Shown here one piece after another: positions 9,659 to 19,012 of a stretch of 64,000 bases of DNA (within the stretch, counting starts at the first letter, position 1; every line of letters begins with the position of its first letter). Location of the stretch: assembly GCA_965203055.1 (NCBI GenBank), contig OZ241863.1, positions 1,056,001 to 1,120,000 of the forward strand, written 5' to 3'. The position numbers and the translations under genes were made by a program. A model generated the notes under the pieces. That model was not told the origin of the DNA. It made no database searches and saw nothing but the letters and a program-made list of their open reading frames with translations. This stretch comes from Spirochaetia bacterium (GTDB taxonomy: Bacteria; Spirochaetota; Spirochaetia; SZUA-6; Bin103).

Positions 9659-9732
9659 TGGAGGCTGGGGGGATCGAACCCCTGACAAACGGGAGTGACA
9701 GTGCCGCGGCCGGACCACCGGCATCAGCCCCC
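9659..9732 (-). tRNA. Atypical tRNA-like element, anticodon GTC (Asp), Ala-type acceptor stem; possibly pseudo
   Basis: Reverse complement is GGGGGCTG AT GCC-GGTGGTCC-GGC CG CGGCA-CTGTCAC-TCCCG TTTGTCA GGGG-TTCGATC-CCCC CAGCCTCC A. Canonical T-loop, D-loop GG and anticodon loop. It has a C:C mismatch in the anticodon stem, no U8/A14 and no encoded CCA. Confidence 0.6.
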
Positions 9733-9775
9733 ATTTGGGCCACTGAAGGACAAATAAGGTGGCAGTCGTCACGTG

Positions 9776-9812
9776 AAAGGCCACCGGGTTACACCCGGTG
9801 GCCTTTCGTTTA
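9776..9812 (+). terminator. Intrinsic terminator hairpin, possibly bidirectional
   Basis: GAAAGGCCACCGGG-TTACA-CCCGGTGGCCTTTC followed by GTTTAT. Confidence 0.75.
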
Positions 9813-10101
9813 TCGGGCGCAACTACGCGGCGGGCCGCCTGACTACCGTCACACCGCCAGCGGCAGCGCCGGCGAGGGAGCGCAGCCGTGCGCCGCGCAG
9901 TTTCCGCTTCGCCCCTGGCCGCTATCCCCAGGGCATTCGGCTTTACTCCGCGCCGCGGTTTCAGTAGGTTGTGAGCATACCAAGCAATAGCCCGGTTTCT
10001 CTTGCCGCTGTCCGTGGATCGGCCGCGCGTAGTGATTTGGCTGCGTGCCGTCGAGCACCGGCGACGGCGGCGTGTTCGGCGCTCGCGGAGGTTACACGAA
10101 C

Positions 10102-11082
10102 GTGATCACGGTGGAGGGGGTCTCCAAGCGCTACGGCCAGCATCTCGCCGTCGACGACATCAGCTTCAGGGTGGACGACGGCGAGATCGTCGGCTTTCTC
10201 GGCCCCAACGGGGCCGGCAAGTCGACTACCATGAACATCATCACCGGCTACCTGTCGGCCACCTCGGGCCAGGTGGCGGTGGACGGTTACGACGTGCTGG
10301 AGGAGCCGAACGAAGTGAAGCGGCGCGTCGGCTACCTGCCGGAACTGCCGCCGCTCTACCTCGACATGACGGTGCGCGAGTACCTGCGCTTCGTGGCGCG
10401 GCTGAAGAAGGCGGACCGCAGCGCGCCGCCTGCCCGCCGGGAACGCATCCTGGAGCTGGCCGGGATCGCCCACGTGCGCGACCGGCTGATCAAGAACCTG
10501 TCCAAGGGCTACCGGCAGCGGGTGGGCCTGGCGCAGGCGCTGGTCGGCAACCCCAAGGTGCTGATTCTCGATGAGCCGACCATCGGCCTCGACCCGCATC
10601 AGATCATCGAGATTCGCAATCTGATCCGCGAGCTGGGCCACGAGCACACCATCATCCTCAGCTCGCACATCCTGCCGGAGGTGAGCGCGGTGTGCGACCG
10701 CGTGATCATCATCAACCGCGGCCGGCTGGTGGCCTCCGACACCACCGCCAACCTGGGCAAGCGCCTGCACGACAGCAACCAGTTCCGGCTGCGCGTGGCC
10801 GGCGGCGAAGCGGAGGCGCTGGCCGCTCTGCGGGGAGTGGACGGCGTCCACGAGGTGAGCGCGCAGGGCAGCGTGGAGCAGGGCACCGTCGATCTGCGCG
10901 TTGAGACCGCGGCCGGCGCCGACCCGCGGCGCGCCATCTTCCACGCCCTGAGCAAGGCCGATCTGCCGATCTACCTGATGACCGCCATGGACTACACCCT
11001 GGAGGAGATCTTCCTGCAGCTCACGACCGAAGACGCCGCGGCGCAAGCCAACGCCGGCCAGGATGCGGGGGAGGCCGGCTGA
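10102..11082 (+). CDS. ABC transporter ATP-binding protein (GldA-like)
   Basis: GPNGAGKST, LSKGYRQR, ILDEPT; GTG start after GGAGG. Confidence 0.92.
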   Translation: MITVEGVSKRYGQHLAVDDISFRVDDGEIVGFLGPNGAGKSTTMNIITGYLSATSGQVAVDGYDVLEEPNEVKRRVGYLPELPPLYLDMTVREYLRFVARLKKADRSAPPARRERILELAGIAHVRDRLIKNLSKGYRQRVGLAQALVGNPKVLILDEPTIGLDPHQIIEIRNLIRELGHEHTIILSSHILPEVSAVCDRVIIINRGRLVASDTTANLGKRLHDSNQFRLRVAGGEAEALAALRGVDGVHEVSAQGSVEQGTVDLRVETAAGADPRRAIFHALSKADLPIYLMTAMDYTLEEIFLQLTTEDAAAQANAGQDAGEAG

Positions 11083-11945
11083 TGCTCGCCGTACTGCTGC
11101 GCGAGCTGCGCGCCTACTACTTCTCGCCGATCGGCTACATCTTCATGGGCTTCTTCCTGCTGCTGGCGGGGTTCTTCTTCGCCACCGACAACGTGCTGCG
11201 CTCCAACCCGCAGTTCCAGGGCGTGCTGAGCTCCATCATCTTCGTGTTCCTGGTGATCGTGCCGATTCTCACCATGCGCCTGTTCGCCGACGAGAAGCGC
11301 CAGCGCACCGACCAGCTCCTGATGACCGTGCCGGTGAGCGTGACCGGCATCGTGCTGGGCAAGTACTTCGCCGCGGTGGCCGTGTTCCTGTTCACGCTGC
11401 TGATCACCATCCTCTACCCGGTGACCATGAGCTTCTTCGGGCGCCTGCCGGGGTGGGAGATTCTGGGCGGCTACGTCGGCTTCTTCCTGCTCGGCTGCAC
11501 CTTCATCGCGGTGGGGATGCTGATGTCGTCGCTCACCGACAATCAGGTGATTGCCGCGGTCTCCACCTTTGCCGCGCTGCTGCTGATGTGGATCATCGAC
11601 TTCGTCCAGAACGGGGTTCCGGCCGGCACCGCGCCGGGCATCGTGTTCGCCTCCGCGCTGGGGGCGCTGCTGGCGCTGTGGGTCTATCTGGCCACCCGCA
11701 ACCTGGTGATCACCGCGCTGATGGCGGTCGTCGCCGCGGCGGTCATCGTCCTGGTGGCCCTCACCGTGACCGGGTTCTTCGAGACCTTCATCATCGATTT
11801 CCTGGCGTGGTTCTCCCTTACCAGTCGGTTCCAGCGCTTCATGGGCGGGGTCCTGGCGCTGAGCCCGATCGTCTACTACCTCTCCTTCTCGGCCGCGCTG
11901 GTATTTCTGACCGTGCGCGTGATCGAGCGCACCAGGTGGACCTGA
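11082..11945 (+). CDS. ABC-2 permease (GldF-like)
   Basis: RELRAYYFSPIGY, TMRLFADEK, GIVLGKY; multiple TM segments; TGATG coupling. Confidence 0.9.
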   Translation: MLAVLLRELRAYYFSPIGYIFMGFFLLLAGFFFATDNVLRSNPQFQGVLSSIIFVFLVIVPILTMRLFADEKRQRTDQLLMTVPVSVTGIVLGKYFAAVAVFLFTLLITILYPVTMSFFGRLPGWEILGGYVGFFLLGCTFIAVGMLMSSLTDNQVIAAVSTFAALLLMWIIDFVQNGVPAGTAPGIVFASALGALLALWVYLATRNLVITALMAVVAAAVIVLVALTVTGFFETFIIDFLAWFSLTSRFQRFMGGVLALSPIVYYLSFSAALVFLTVRVIERTRWT

Positions 11946-11946
11946 C

Positions 11947-13392
11947 ATGAGCGACGTGAGCGACGGTTTCCTGCGCGCCCAGGTGCGCCGCCTGCGCGAG
12001 AGCAAGCAGGTGCGCTACGGCGGCTACGCCCTGTTGACCTCCCTCGGGGTGGTGGCCGCCCTGGTGCTGGTCAATCTGCTCGTCGACCAGTTCGCGCTGG
12101 AGGTGGACCTGACCGAGAATCGGCTGTTCACCCTGTCGGACCAGACCTTCCGGGTGCTGGACGACCTGACCTCCGACGTCACGGTCTACCAGATCGCCAC
12201 CACCGGCCGCGAGAATCAGTTGATCGACTCGGTGCTGGAGCGGTACGCGCGGCGCAGTCAACACGTCAAGCTGGCCACCCTCGACCCGGAGCGCAACCCC
12301 GGACTGGCCGGCAAGTATGAGGAGGAGGGGCAGGTGCGGCCCGGCGGCCTGATCGTCGACGGCGGCGACCGCTTCCGCCTGATCAGCCAGTTCGACATAT
12401 TCAACGTCAACATGCAGACCCGGCAGGCCAACTCCCTCTCCCTGGAGCAGGAGCTGACCGCGGCGCTGCTGTACGTCACCACCGGTGATCTGCCCACCGT
12501 CTACGTGCTGGAAGGCCACGGCGAGAGGTCGCTGTTCCAGCTCGGCCTCCCCGGTCTCAGCGTCCGCGACCTGCTGGAGAACGAGAACTACGAGGTGGAG
12601 AGTCTGGACCTGGTGTCGCGCGACGAGATTCCGGCGGATGCCGACGTGCTGCTGATTCTGGAGCCGGAGCAGGATCTGACCGGCGCCGAGCTGCGGCGGC
12701 TGGATAGCTGGCTGCGCGGCGGCGGCCGCGCCGTGTTCGCGCTGCAGGGAGCGCGCCGCGCCGCGCTGCCCAACCTGGCCGAGCTGCTCGCCGGCTTCGG
12801 GGTCGAAGTCACCGCCGGCATCGTGGTGGAGGAGTCGGGCCGCCACACGCCCGACAGCCCCGCGTTCCTGGTGCCGGAGATGAGCGGCCACGAAATCGTG
12901 TCGCCGATGCGTTCCGCGCGGCTGTTCACGGTGCTGCCGGCGGCCAGCCCCATCAAGACCCTGGAAACCAGGCGCCGCACCCTCACGGTGGAGTCGTTTC
13001 TCGATACCTCGGAGGGTTCGTTTCTGCGCACCGACTTCGACATCAACTCCGTGGAGCAGCAGGAAGGGGAGCCCAACGGACCGTTCTCGGTGGGCGCGGC
13101 AATCACCGACAACGACCTCGACGGCTACGTGAAGTCGCGTCTGGTAGTGTTCTCGTCGGTGCTGTTCCTGACGCAGCCCTACCAAGCCAACTACGACATG
13201 CTGCTCAACAGCCTGAGCTGGGCGCGCAGCCGCGAGGAGTCGATCTCCATCCGCGCCAAGTCGTTGCGCACCTTCCCGCTGCGCATCACCCGGCTGGCCG
13301 CGCTGATCATCTCCGGCGTCGCCGTGCTGATCATACCGCTGGCCGTGTTCGGCGGCGGCCTGGCGGTGTGGCTGCGGCGGCGCCACCTGTAG
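11947..13392 (+). CDS. GldG-like ABC-associated auxiliary protein
   Basis: N-terminal TM, DLTENRLFTLS, VYVLEGHGE, C-terminal TM ending WLRRRHL. Confidence 0.85.
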   Translation: MSDVSDGFLRAQVRRLRESKQVRYGGYALLTSLGVVAALVLVNLLVDQFALEVDLTENRLFTLSDQTFRVLDDLTSDVTVYQIATTGRENQLIDSVLERYARRSQHVKLATLDPERNPGLAGKYEEEGQVRPGGLIVDGGDRFRLISQFDIFNVNMQTRQANSLSLEQELTAALLYVTTGDLPTVYVLEGHGERSLFQLGLPGLSVRDLLENENYEVESLDLVSRDEIPADADVLLILEPEQDLTGAELRRLDSWLRGGGRAVFALQGARRAALPNLAELLAGFGVEVTAGIVVEESGRHTPDSPAFLVPEMSGHEIVSPMRSARLFTVLPAASPIKTLETRRRTLTVESFLDTSEGSFLRTDFDINSVEQQEGEPNGPFSVGAAITDNDLDGYVKSRLVVFSSVLFLTQPYQANYDMLLNSLSWARSREESISIRAKSLRTFPLRITRLAALIISGVAVLIIPLAVFGGGLAVWLRRRHL

Positions 13393-13403
13393 CGGAGGGA
13401 CCG

Positions 13404-14855
13404 ATGGCGAGTGACCGCGCGGGCCAGGCCCGGGCGCGGCGCCGCGGCGGGCGGCGCCTGCTCATGCTGGCGGCGATCGTACTCGGCGTGGCCGCCCTGG
13501 CGGCGCTGCTGATCGTGGCGCAGCGGCGCCCGCCGCCGGTGCCCGAAGCCGACCCGACGCCGCCCAAGCCGGAGATTTCGCGGGTCGACATCGACCGCAT
13601 CACGGCGGTGTCGTTGACCGGGCCGGGCCGCGAGCAGCCGTTCAGCATGCGGCGTACGGAGTCCGGCTGGGAAATCGCCGGCGCCGGGCGCGAGATTCCG
13701 ATCAAGGAATCGCGGATCGACGACGTCCTGTACAGCTTCGGCAGTCTGTACGCGGAACGGGTGATCGAGGAGGAGGCCGCCGACCTGGCCCAGTACGGGC
13801 TGGATCCGCCGGCCGTGGTGGCGGTGGCCGCGCTGGATGACGAATCCACCATCGAGGTGCATCTCGGCGACCGCACGCCGGCGGGCAATACCTGGTATCT
13901 GGGCCTGCCGGGCAGGCGCATCGTCTACTCCGTGTGGGTCAACCACGGCAACCACTACTACTACACGCTGGACGACCTGCGCGGCGACGAGCTGCCGGCG
14001 ATCAACTCCGAGGCGCTCAGCTATCTGCGGCTGCGGGGGCCGGAAGCGCCGACGATCGAGGTGGTGGAAACCAACCCGGTGGACGTGCGCTTCGCCAACC
14101 TGCTTACCCGGTTGGCGGTGGTGCAGCCCTACGCCGCCCCGCGCGCCATCGACAGCGAGAAGTTTACCGAGGTGCAGTCGCTGCTGGCCGGACCGCGCAT
14201 CGACCGCATCGTGAGCGACGATCCGGCGGCGGCCCAGGAGTACGGGCTGGCGCCGCCGCGTCTGGAGCTGCTGGCGCGCGACGCCGAGGGCGCGGTGTTC
14301 GAGTTGCTGGCCGGCGCCGAGACCGACGACGAGGTGTTCTTCCAGGTGCCGGGGCGCGTCACGGTGTATGCCATGAAGCGGTCGCGCGCCGGCATCCTCG
14401 ACCTGCAGCCGTTCGAGCTGGTGGACAAGTTCGTGCTGATCCTCAACATCGAGTCGGTGGACGCCATCGAGATCGAGCATCCCGGGGGCGGCAGCCGCCT
14501 CGCCATCGAGCGCACCGGCGCCGGGGACGAGCTGGTGGAGACGTTCGCCATCGACGGCGCCGCGGTCGAGGACAAGCCGTTCCGCGAGTTGTATCAGCTC
14601 ATCATCGGGTTGCTGGCCGACGCCGAGCTGCCCGCCGCCGGCCAGGCGGCGATGCTGGAGGCGGCGCCGGAGGTGCGCATCACCTACCTGATGAACTCGC
14701 CGCCCGACTCGCGGCAGGCCGTCGCGCTGGTGCCCTACGACCGCCAGTTCTTCGCCGCGGTGCGCGGCGGGGCCGCGGAGTTCATGGTCTCCCGCGCTCA
14801 GGTCGCGCGCCTGCTCGACGGCCTCGCCGGCCACACCGCCGCCGCCGGCAGTTGA
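13404..14855 (+). CDS. DUF4340 domain-containing membrane-anchored protein
   Basis: N-terminal TM; repeated YGLDPP/YGLAPP motifs; typical fourth gene of Gld-like operons; GGAGGG RBS. Confidence 0.8.
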   Translation: MASDRAGQARARRRGGRRLLMLAAIVLGVAALAALLIVAQRRPPPVPEADPTPPKPEISRVDIDRITAVSLTGPGREQPFSMRRTESGWEIAGAGREIPIKESRIDDVLYSFGSLYAERVIEEEAADLAQYGLDPPAVVAVAALDDESTIEVHLGDRTPAGNTWYLGLPGRRIVYSVWVNHGNHYYYTLDDLRGDELPAINSEALSYLRLRGPEAPTIEVVETNPVDVRFANLLTRLAVVQPYAAPRAIDSEKFTEVQSLLAGPRIDRIVSDDPAAAQEYGLAPPRLELLARDAEGAVFELLAGAETDDEVFFQVPGRVTVYAMKRSRAGILDLQPFELVDKFVLILNIESVDAIEIEHPGGGSRLAIERTGAGDELVETFAIDGAAVEDKPFRELYQLIIGLLADAELPAAGQAAMLEAAPEVRITYLMNSPPDSRQAVALVPYDRQFFAAVRGGAAEFMVSRAQVARLLDGLAGHTAAAGS

Positions 14856-15091
14856 CCGCCGGCGCCGGCCCGGCAAGATACCGACGTGGAACGCCGGTTT
14901 CGCGGACGCGCGCCGCCACCGGTAACAGATTTCAGGGGACGCCGGCGCGGTTGGGTAAAATGTATCCAGCTTGCAGCCGGTTCTGGCGCCGCGGGTCGTT
15001 TCGACCCATTGGCCCGCCCCGCGGCCGCGCCGAACAGCTCTGGGAAAGCCCGGGAAACGTCCTGCAGGGGCCGGAATCGCCGCCGCGGCAG

Positions 15092-15108
15092 TTGGCACGG
15101 TTCCTGCT
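15092..15108 (+). promoter_or_regulatory. Sigma54 (-24/-12) promoter for hsp20
   Basis: TTGGCACGGTTCCTGCT versus consensus TGGCAC-N5-TTGCW; 38 nt upstream of the ATG. Confidence 0.65.
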
Positions 15109-15146
15109 TACAGGTTGGTGACACACCAACTCATAGGAGGAAGGAC

Positions 15147-15581
15147 ATGAGAAGCCTCGTTACCTATCGTCCCTACCGCCCCTCGCTGGAGAACGTCGAC
15201 CGCTGGTTCGACACCCTGTTTCAGGACTGGAACCGCCCTGCATTCGCCACCGCCGCGCCCCGCGTGGACGTGCGCGAGGAAGCGGACGGCTACCACCTGG
15301 AAGCGGAGCTGCCGGGTCTGACCGAGCAGGACTTCACCGTCAACGTGGAGCACGACCTGCTCACCATCGCCTCGCAGCGCGCGCAGGAGAGCGAGCGCGA
15401 GGAGCATGGCTACGTGATCCGCGAGCGGCGCGCCGGCGCCTTCAAGCGCTCGTTCGCGCTGCCGCAGGATGCCGACGCCGACGGGATCAGCGCCCGCTTT
15501 CGGGATGGGCTGCTGACCGTGACCGTCCCCAAGACGGCCAAGGCGCAGCGCAAGCAGATCACCGTGCAGAGCGGCGCCTGA
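15147..15581 (+). CDS. Hsp20/alpha-crystallin small heat-shock protein
   Basis: PRVDVRE...AELPG...ERRAGAFKRSFALP...ARFRDGLLTVTVPK; AGGAGG RBS. Confidence 0.93.
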   Translation: MRSLVTYRPYRPSLENVDRWFDTLFQDWNRPAFATAAPRVDVREEADGYHLEAELPGLTEQDFTVNVEHDLLTIASQRAQESEREEHGYVIRERRAGAFKRSFALPQDADADGISARFRDGLLTVTVPKTAKAQRKQITVQSGA

Positions 15582-15603
15582 CGCGCCGCCCCTCGACTCC
15601 GAC

Positions 15604-15635
15604 CAACGAGCCCCGCCTCCGCGCGGGGCTCGTTG
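15604..15635. terminator. Hairpin between convergent genes (bidirectional terminator)
   Basis: CAACGAGCCCCGC-CTCCGC-GCGGGGCTCGTTG. Confidence 0.65.
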
Positions 15636-15688
15636 CATTGGCCCGCCGCCGGCCGAAGCCCAACCTGCGGGCGCGCGCGAGCAGTTTC

Positions 15689-16663
15689 TCAGTACGGCGG
15701 GCGGCCTTTCCCTGATACCCGGTCGAGGAGCTCGGCTCCGCTTTCGCACTCGATGATCCAGACGCCGGCTTGCGCCAAGCGGTCCGCATCGGCGGTCTGC
15801 TCCAGGAGCGCTGCCAGCCGTTGCGCCGTGTCGTGGTCGAACTTCCGCGCCGCCTGCCGGCGCAACAGCGCGCGTTCCTCCTCCAGGCCGCGCTCGTATC
15901 CCCGGCGCCGCTGCGACCGCAGCAGCGGATCGTGATCCGGCCCGGTGCCCTCCCGCTCGCCGAGCGCCGTCCCAACCCGCTCCAGCACCGCGCTGGTCTG
16001 CGCCGACAGCGCCGGTTCGTTCAGCGCCTCGTGAATCTCCTCCGCCGTCCACCCCGGAAACGCGCGGCTCTCCGGCGCCGTCCGGTACGCGCCGGCCTCC
16101 AGCAGGTGGATCGTCAGCCCCGGCCGCCGGCTCCGCGGGCGGCTCGGCGCGGCCTCGTCCGGCACCTCCACCCATACCTCCGGGAACCCCCACGACTCGT
16201 ACAGCGCCAGCTTGCCGCGCCGCACGTCGGTGGTGTGGTCCACCTCCAGCACTACGTCGGGATAGTCGTCGACGCCGATTACCATCGCCGACGGTCCCGG
16301 CAGGCGGGCGCTGCCCGGATGCAGGTAGACCGACTCGTCCGCCTGCATGATGCTGCGCGGCCCGTCGTGCTGGCGCAGGTCCATCGAGCCGTAGCTTTCG
16401 ATGGGAGCGCCGCGCACCGCGGCGATTCGTTCGGTGAGCCGGGTCAGGCGGCCGGACGGCCGTTCGTGATAGGGGCTGGTCGGTTCGCAGATCCAGGCGG
16501 TTTCGGTAGCGCCGTCCCAGTACTCCAGCCGCCGTTCGCTGCGGTCGAGCTCGTCTGCCGGCAGGTGGACCGGCGTGCAGCCGGGGAACTCCGGCGCCGG
16601 CGGCGCGGCCTCCGCGCCGGGGCGCGACCCCGTGGCGGTCTTGGAACTCTTGGTGGTTGCCAT
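15689..16663 (-). CDS. Uma2-family PD-(D/E)xK endonuclease-like protein with Rpn/DUF4351-like C-terminal tail
   Basis: RLEYWD, HE, MQADESVY, PDVVLEVD, LYESWGFPEVW; tail LLRRQAARKF...WIIECESGAELL. Confidence 0.8.
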   Translation of the reverse strand: MATTKSSKTATGSRPGAEAAPPAPEFPGCTPVHLPADELDRSERRLEYWDGATETAWICEPTSPYHERPSGRLTRLTERIAAVRGAPIESYGSMDLRQHDGPRSIMQADESVYLHPGSARLPGPSAMVIGVDDYPDVVLEVDHTTDVRRGKLALYESWGFPEVWVEVPDEAAPSRPRSRRPGLTIHLLEAGAYRTAPESRAFPGWTAEEIHEALNEPALSAQTSAVLERVGTALGEREGTGPDHDPLLRSQRRRGYERGLEEERALLRRQAARKFDHDTAQRLAALLEQTADADRLAQAGVWIIECESGAELLDRVSGKGRPPY

Positions 16664-16747
16664 GGCGCCACGGTACGCGGACCGCCCCGGTCGCGCAACC
16701 GCGCACCACCGGGCCACCTGGCGACCCGACGCCGCCAGCGGTCCGTC

Positions 16748-17425
16748 CTATTGCGGGGGTGAGATGCCGAGTTCGGCTTCGCTTTGGCGGAGGTAGAGGG
16801 GGGTCACGTCGGCGGCCGGGGTGGGGGTGCCGCGGAGGGTCAGCTCCAGCAGGCTGCGCGGCGCCGGGGCGGGGAGCTCCGCGTCCACCAGCCAGCGGCT
16901 TTCCAGTTCGCCGCCAAGTCCGGCGGCGAACTGGGCGGCGGCCGGGCCGGTCAGGAGCACCGCCTCGTCCGGCGCCGCGGCGGCCTGCAGCGCGGCGGCC
17001 AGCTCGGCCGGCCGCCGGTCCAGGTAGGGACCGACGCGGCGGCCCTCCCGGTAGCAGGCGGCGTAGAAGCGACGCTTGCGGGCGTCGATCAATGGCACCA
17101 CCAGCCCCGGCGCGCGGCGCCGGGAGTAGGCCAGGGCGTCCAGGCCGCTGATTCCCACCAGCTTCGCGCGGCCCCCCGCGGCCATGCCCTTGGCGGTAGC
17201 GAGGCCGATGCGCACCCCGGTGAACGAACCGGGCCCGATGCCGACGCCGATCAGGGCGGTCTCCGAGGCCTTGAGGCCGAGCTGCGCGGTGACGCGGGCG
17301 ATGCAGGGCGCAAGCTGCGCCGCGTGCTGCAGCCCGCAGTGAGCATAGTGAGCGGCCCACGAGTCGCCGTCCGCGGCGGCCACCACCAGCGTTTCGGTGG
17401 CGGTGTCGAAGACCAGAGCGTTCAA
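16748..17425 (-). CDS. tsaB: tRNA t6A biosynthesis protein TsaB
   Basis: FDTAT, GIGPGSFTGVRIG, IDARK, PLYLRQSEAE. Confidence 0.92.
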   Translation of the reverse strand: MNALVFDTATETLVVAAADGDSWAAHYAHCGLQHAAQLAPCIARVTAQLGLKASETALIGVGIGPGSFTGVRIGLATAKGMAAGGRAKLVGISGLDALAYSRRRAPGLVVPLIDARKRRFYAACYREGRRVGPYLDRRPAELAAALQAAAAPDEAVLLTGPAAAQFAAGLGGELESRWLVDAELPAPAPRSLLELTLRGTPTPAADVTPLYLRQSEAELGISPPQ

Positions 17426-17895
17426 GCGTGCTCCCCGTCGGGCTCGGTAATCTCCACCTGCCGGCCCAGGTCATCGGTAATGTCGAGGCGCACCTGGATC
17501 GTATCCTCCGGCAGCGCGCCGCCGGCGCGTTCCGCCCACTCCACCAGCGCTACCCCCGAACCATGGATGAAGTCGTCCAGCGCCAGCGACGCCAGCTCGG
17601 CGGCGGAGTCCACCCGGTACAGGTCTATGTGGTAGAACGTGACCGGCCCGCCGGCGTGTCCTCCCTCATATTCCAGTACCAACTGGTAGGTGGGGCTGGT
17701 GACCGCCTCGGTAATCCCCAGCCCCTGCGCCACCCCCTTGGCGAACGTCGTCTTGCCGGCGCCCAGCGTCCCCCGGAGCGCGATCACCGCGCCGCGGCGG
17801 GCGGCCAGCCGCCGCTGCAGCCGTCCGGCGAGCCGCGCCCCGGCCGCCACGGTGTCGGCCGCGGTGCGGCACGTCAGCCGCGTCACCCGCGCCAC
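17422..17895 (-). CDS. tsaE: tRNA t6A biosynthesis ATPase TsaE
   Basis: GTLGAGKTTF, VTSPTY, HIDLYR, LVEWAE. Confidence 0.93.
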   Translation of the reverse strand: MARVTRLTCRTAADTVAAGARLAGRLQRRLAARRGAVIALRGTLGAGKTTFAKGVAQGLGITEAVTSPTYQLVLEYEGGHAGGPVTFYHIDLYRVDSAAELASLALDDFIHGSGVALVEWAERAGGALPEDTIQVRLDITDDLGRQVEITEPDGEHA

Positions 17896-17899
17896 GCCG

Positions 17900-18997
17900 C
17901 TACCAGCTTGGCGCCGGCCCGCGCGCCGCCGGCAGCGCGGCGCGAAACTCGTCGACGAAACCGTACAGGCCGCGCAACTGGCGACGTGAGATGCCGGTGA
18001 GCTGCACCTGCATCATGCCGCCGCCGGAACGCCGCGGGCTGCGTACCACCTTGCCGTACAGCGGAATGCGCGCGGCGCGGCCGGCCTCCACTTCCACCTT
18101 CACCAGGCTGCCGGCGCGCAGCGGGGCGGCGCTGTGGATCGTGGCCCGCCCCGCGACCAGCGCCACCAGCGCGCCGCGGCTGCGCTGCTCGTCGAGCAGT
18201 ACCGGGTGCCGGCGCGGCTCGCCGTCGCCGGCGGTGAGCCGCGCCAGCACCCGCGTTACCAGGCAGCTCCGCGGCGGGCGGCGGCGGCGCCAGGCCGCCG
18301 GCGCCGCGGCGCGGCCGAGGAGCAAGGCCTGCCGGCCGCCGACCCAGCCGTAGCCCAGTACGGTGGTAAACAGGGGTGCGCCTTCCTCCGCGCCGGCCGC
18401 TTCCGGCGCCGCCCGCACGGTTACCAGCGCCCCGCGCCGCCAGCGCGATTCGCCGCCGGTTTCACCGCCGGGGACCCGGCAGGCGAGCTCGTCGCGCAGG
18501 CTGGCGATCACTTCCGACTCGCAACTGCCGGCCAGCGCCGGGGTCATCACGATCCTGGTCCCCGCGCTGAGCGATGAGGATGATTCGATCGCGGCGTCGC
18601 TACGCGCCTCGATCCGCGCCTTGATCGACAGCAGCACCGCCAAGCGGCCGACGTGGCGGGCGCGCAGCGCCGCGGGCAGCGCCGCGCGCCCGCGCAGCAA
18701 CACCCCGTCCAGCAGCGCGCGGTCGCGGAACAGGCCGGCGTCCTGCCGGTGGTGGCCGGTACCGACCAGGCTCTGCAACACCCTGACTTCGCGCTCGGTC
18801 AACCGGCAACTGCGTCCCCCGCGCCGCACCACGCGGGCGGTGCCTGCGCCGAGCTGAATGCCGGAGCGCCGGTCGTGGGCGGCGAGCGCCACCAGCACGG
18901 CGATCAGCGCGCCGAACGCCGCCGCGGCCACCCAGACCAGCGCCGGATCGTCCAGCGTGAGGGCCGCGTTCAGCATCTCCCGGGTCCGCAGCAGCAT
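17900..18997 (-). CDS. Hypothetical membrane-anchored protein, degenerate PilZ/flagellar-brake-like
   Basis: N-terminal TM; C-terminal beta-rich segment GSLVKVEV...LYGKVVR; in operon with tsaE. Confidence 0.55.
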   Translation of the reverse strand: MLLRTREMLNAALTLDDPALVWVAAAAFGALIAVLVALAAHDRRSGIQLGAGTARVVRRGGRSCRLTEREVRVLQSLVGTGHHRQDAGLFRDRALLDGVLLRGRAALPAALRARHVGRLAVLLSIKARIEARSDAAIESSSSLSAGTRIVMTPALAGSCESEVIASLRDELACRVPGGETGGESRWRRGALVTVRAAPEAAGAEEGAPLFTTVLGYGWVGGRQALLLGRAAAPAAWRRRRPPRSCLVTRVLARLTAGDGEPRRHPVLLDEQRSRGALVALVAGRATIHSAAPLRAGSLVKVEVEAGRAARIPLYGKVVRSPRRSGGGMMQVQLTGISRRQLRGLYGFVDEFRAALPAARGPAPSW

Positions 18998-19012
18998 CGA
19001 CAGGTCCGCCCG

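Noticed and set aside
9686..9775. Cobalamin riboswitch, selC or retron ncRNA
   Set aside because: Only isolated words match (GCCACTG, TCA, terminal inverted repeat). There is no B12 box, no long variable arm and no reverse transcriptase in the window.
9659..9990. tmRNA (ssrA) call from the GGGGCTGA start and G3:U70
   Set aside because: Only about 40 nt separate the 5' acceptor strand from the T-arm. There is no tag ORF or pseudoknot region, and the order is not that of a permuted two-piece gene.
9658..9990. 110-aa ORF MEAGGIEPLT
   Set aside because: Typical translation of a tRNA reverse complement; it also crosses a terminator hairpin.
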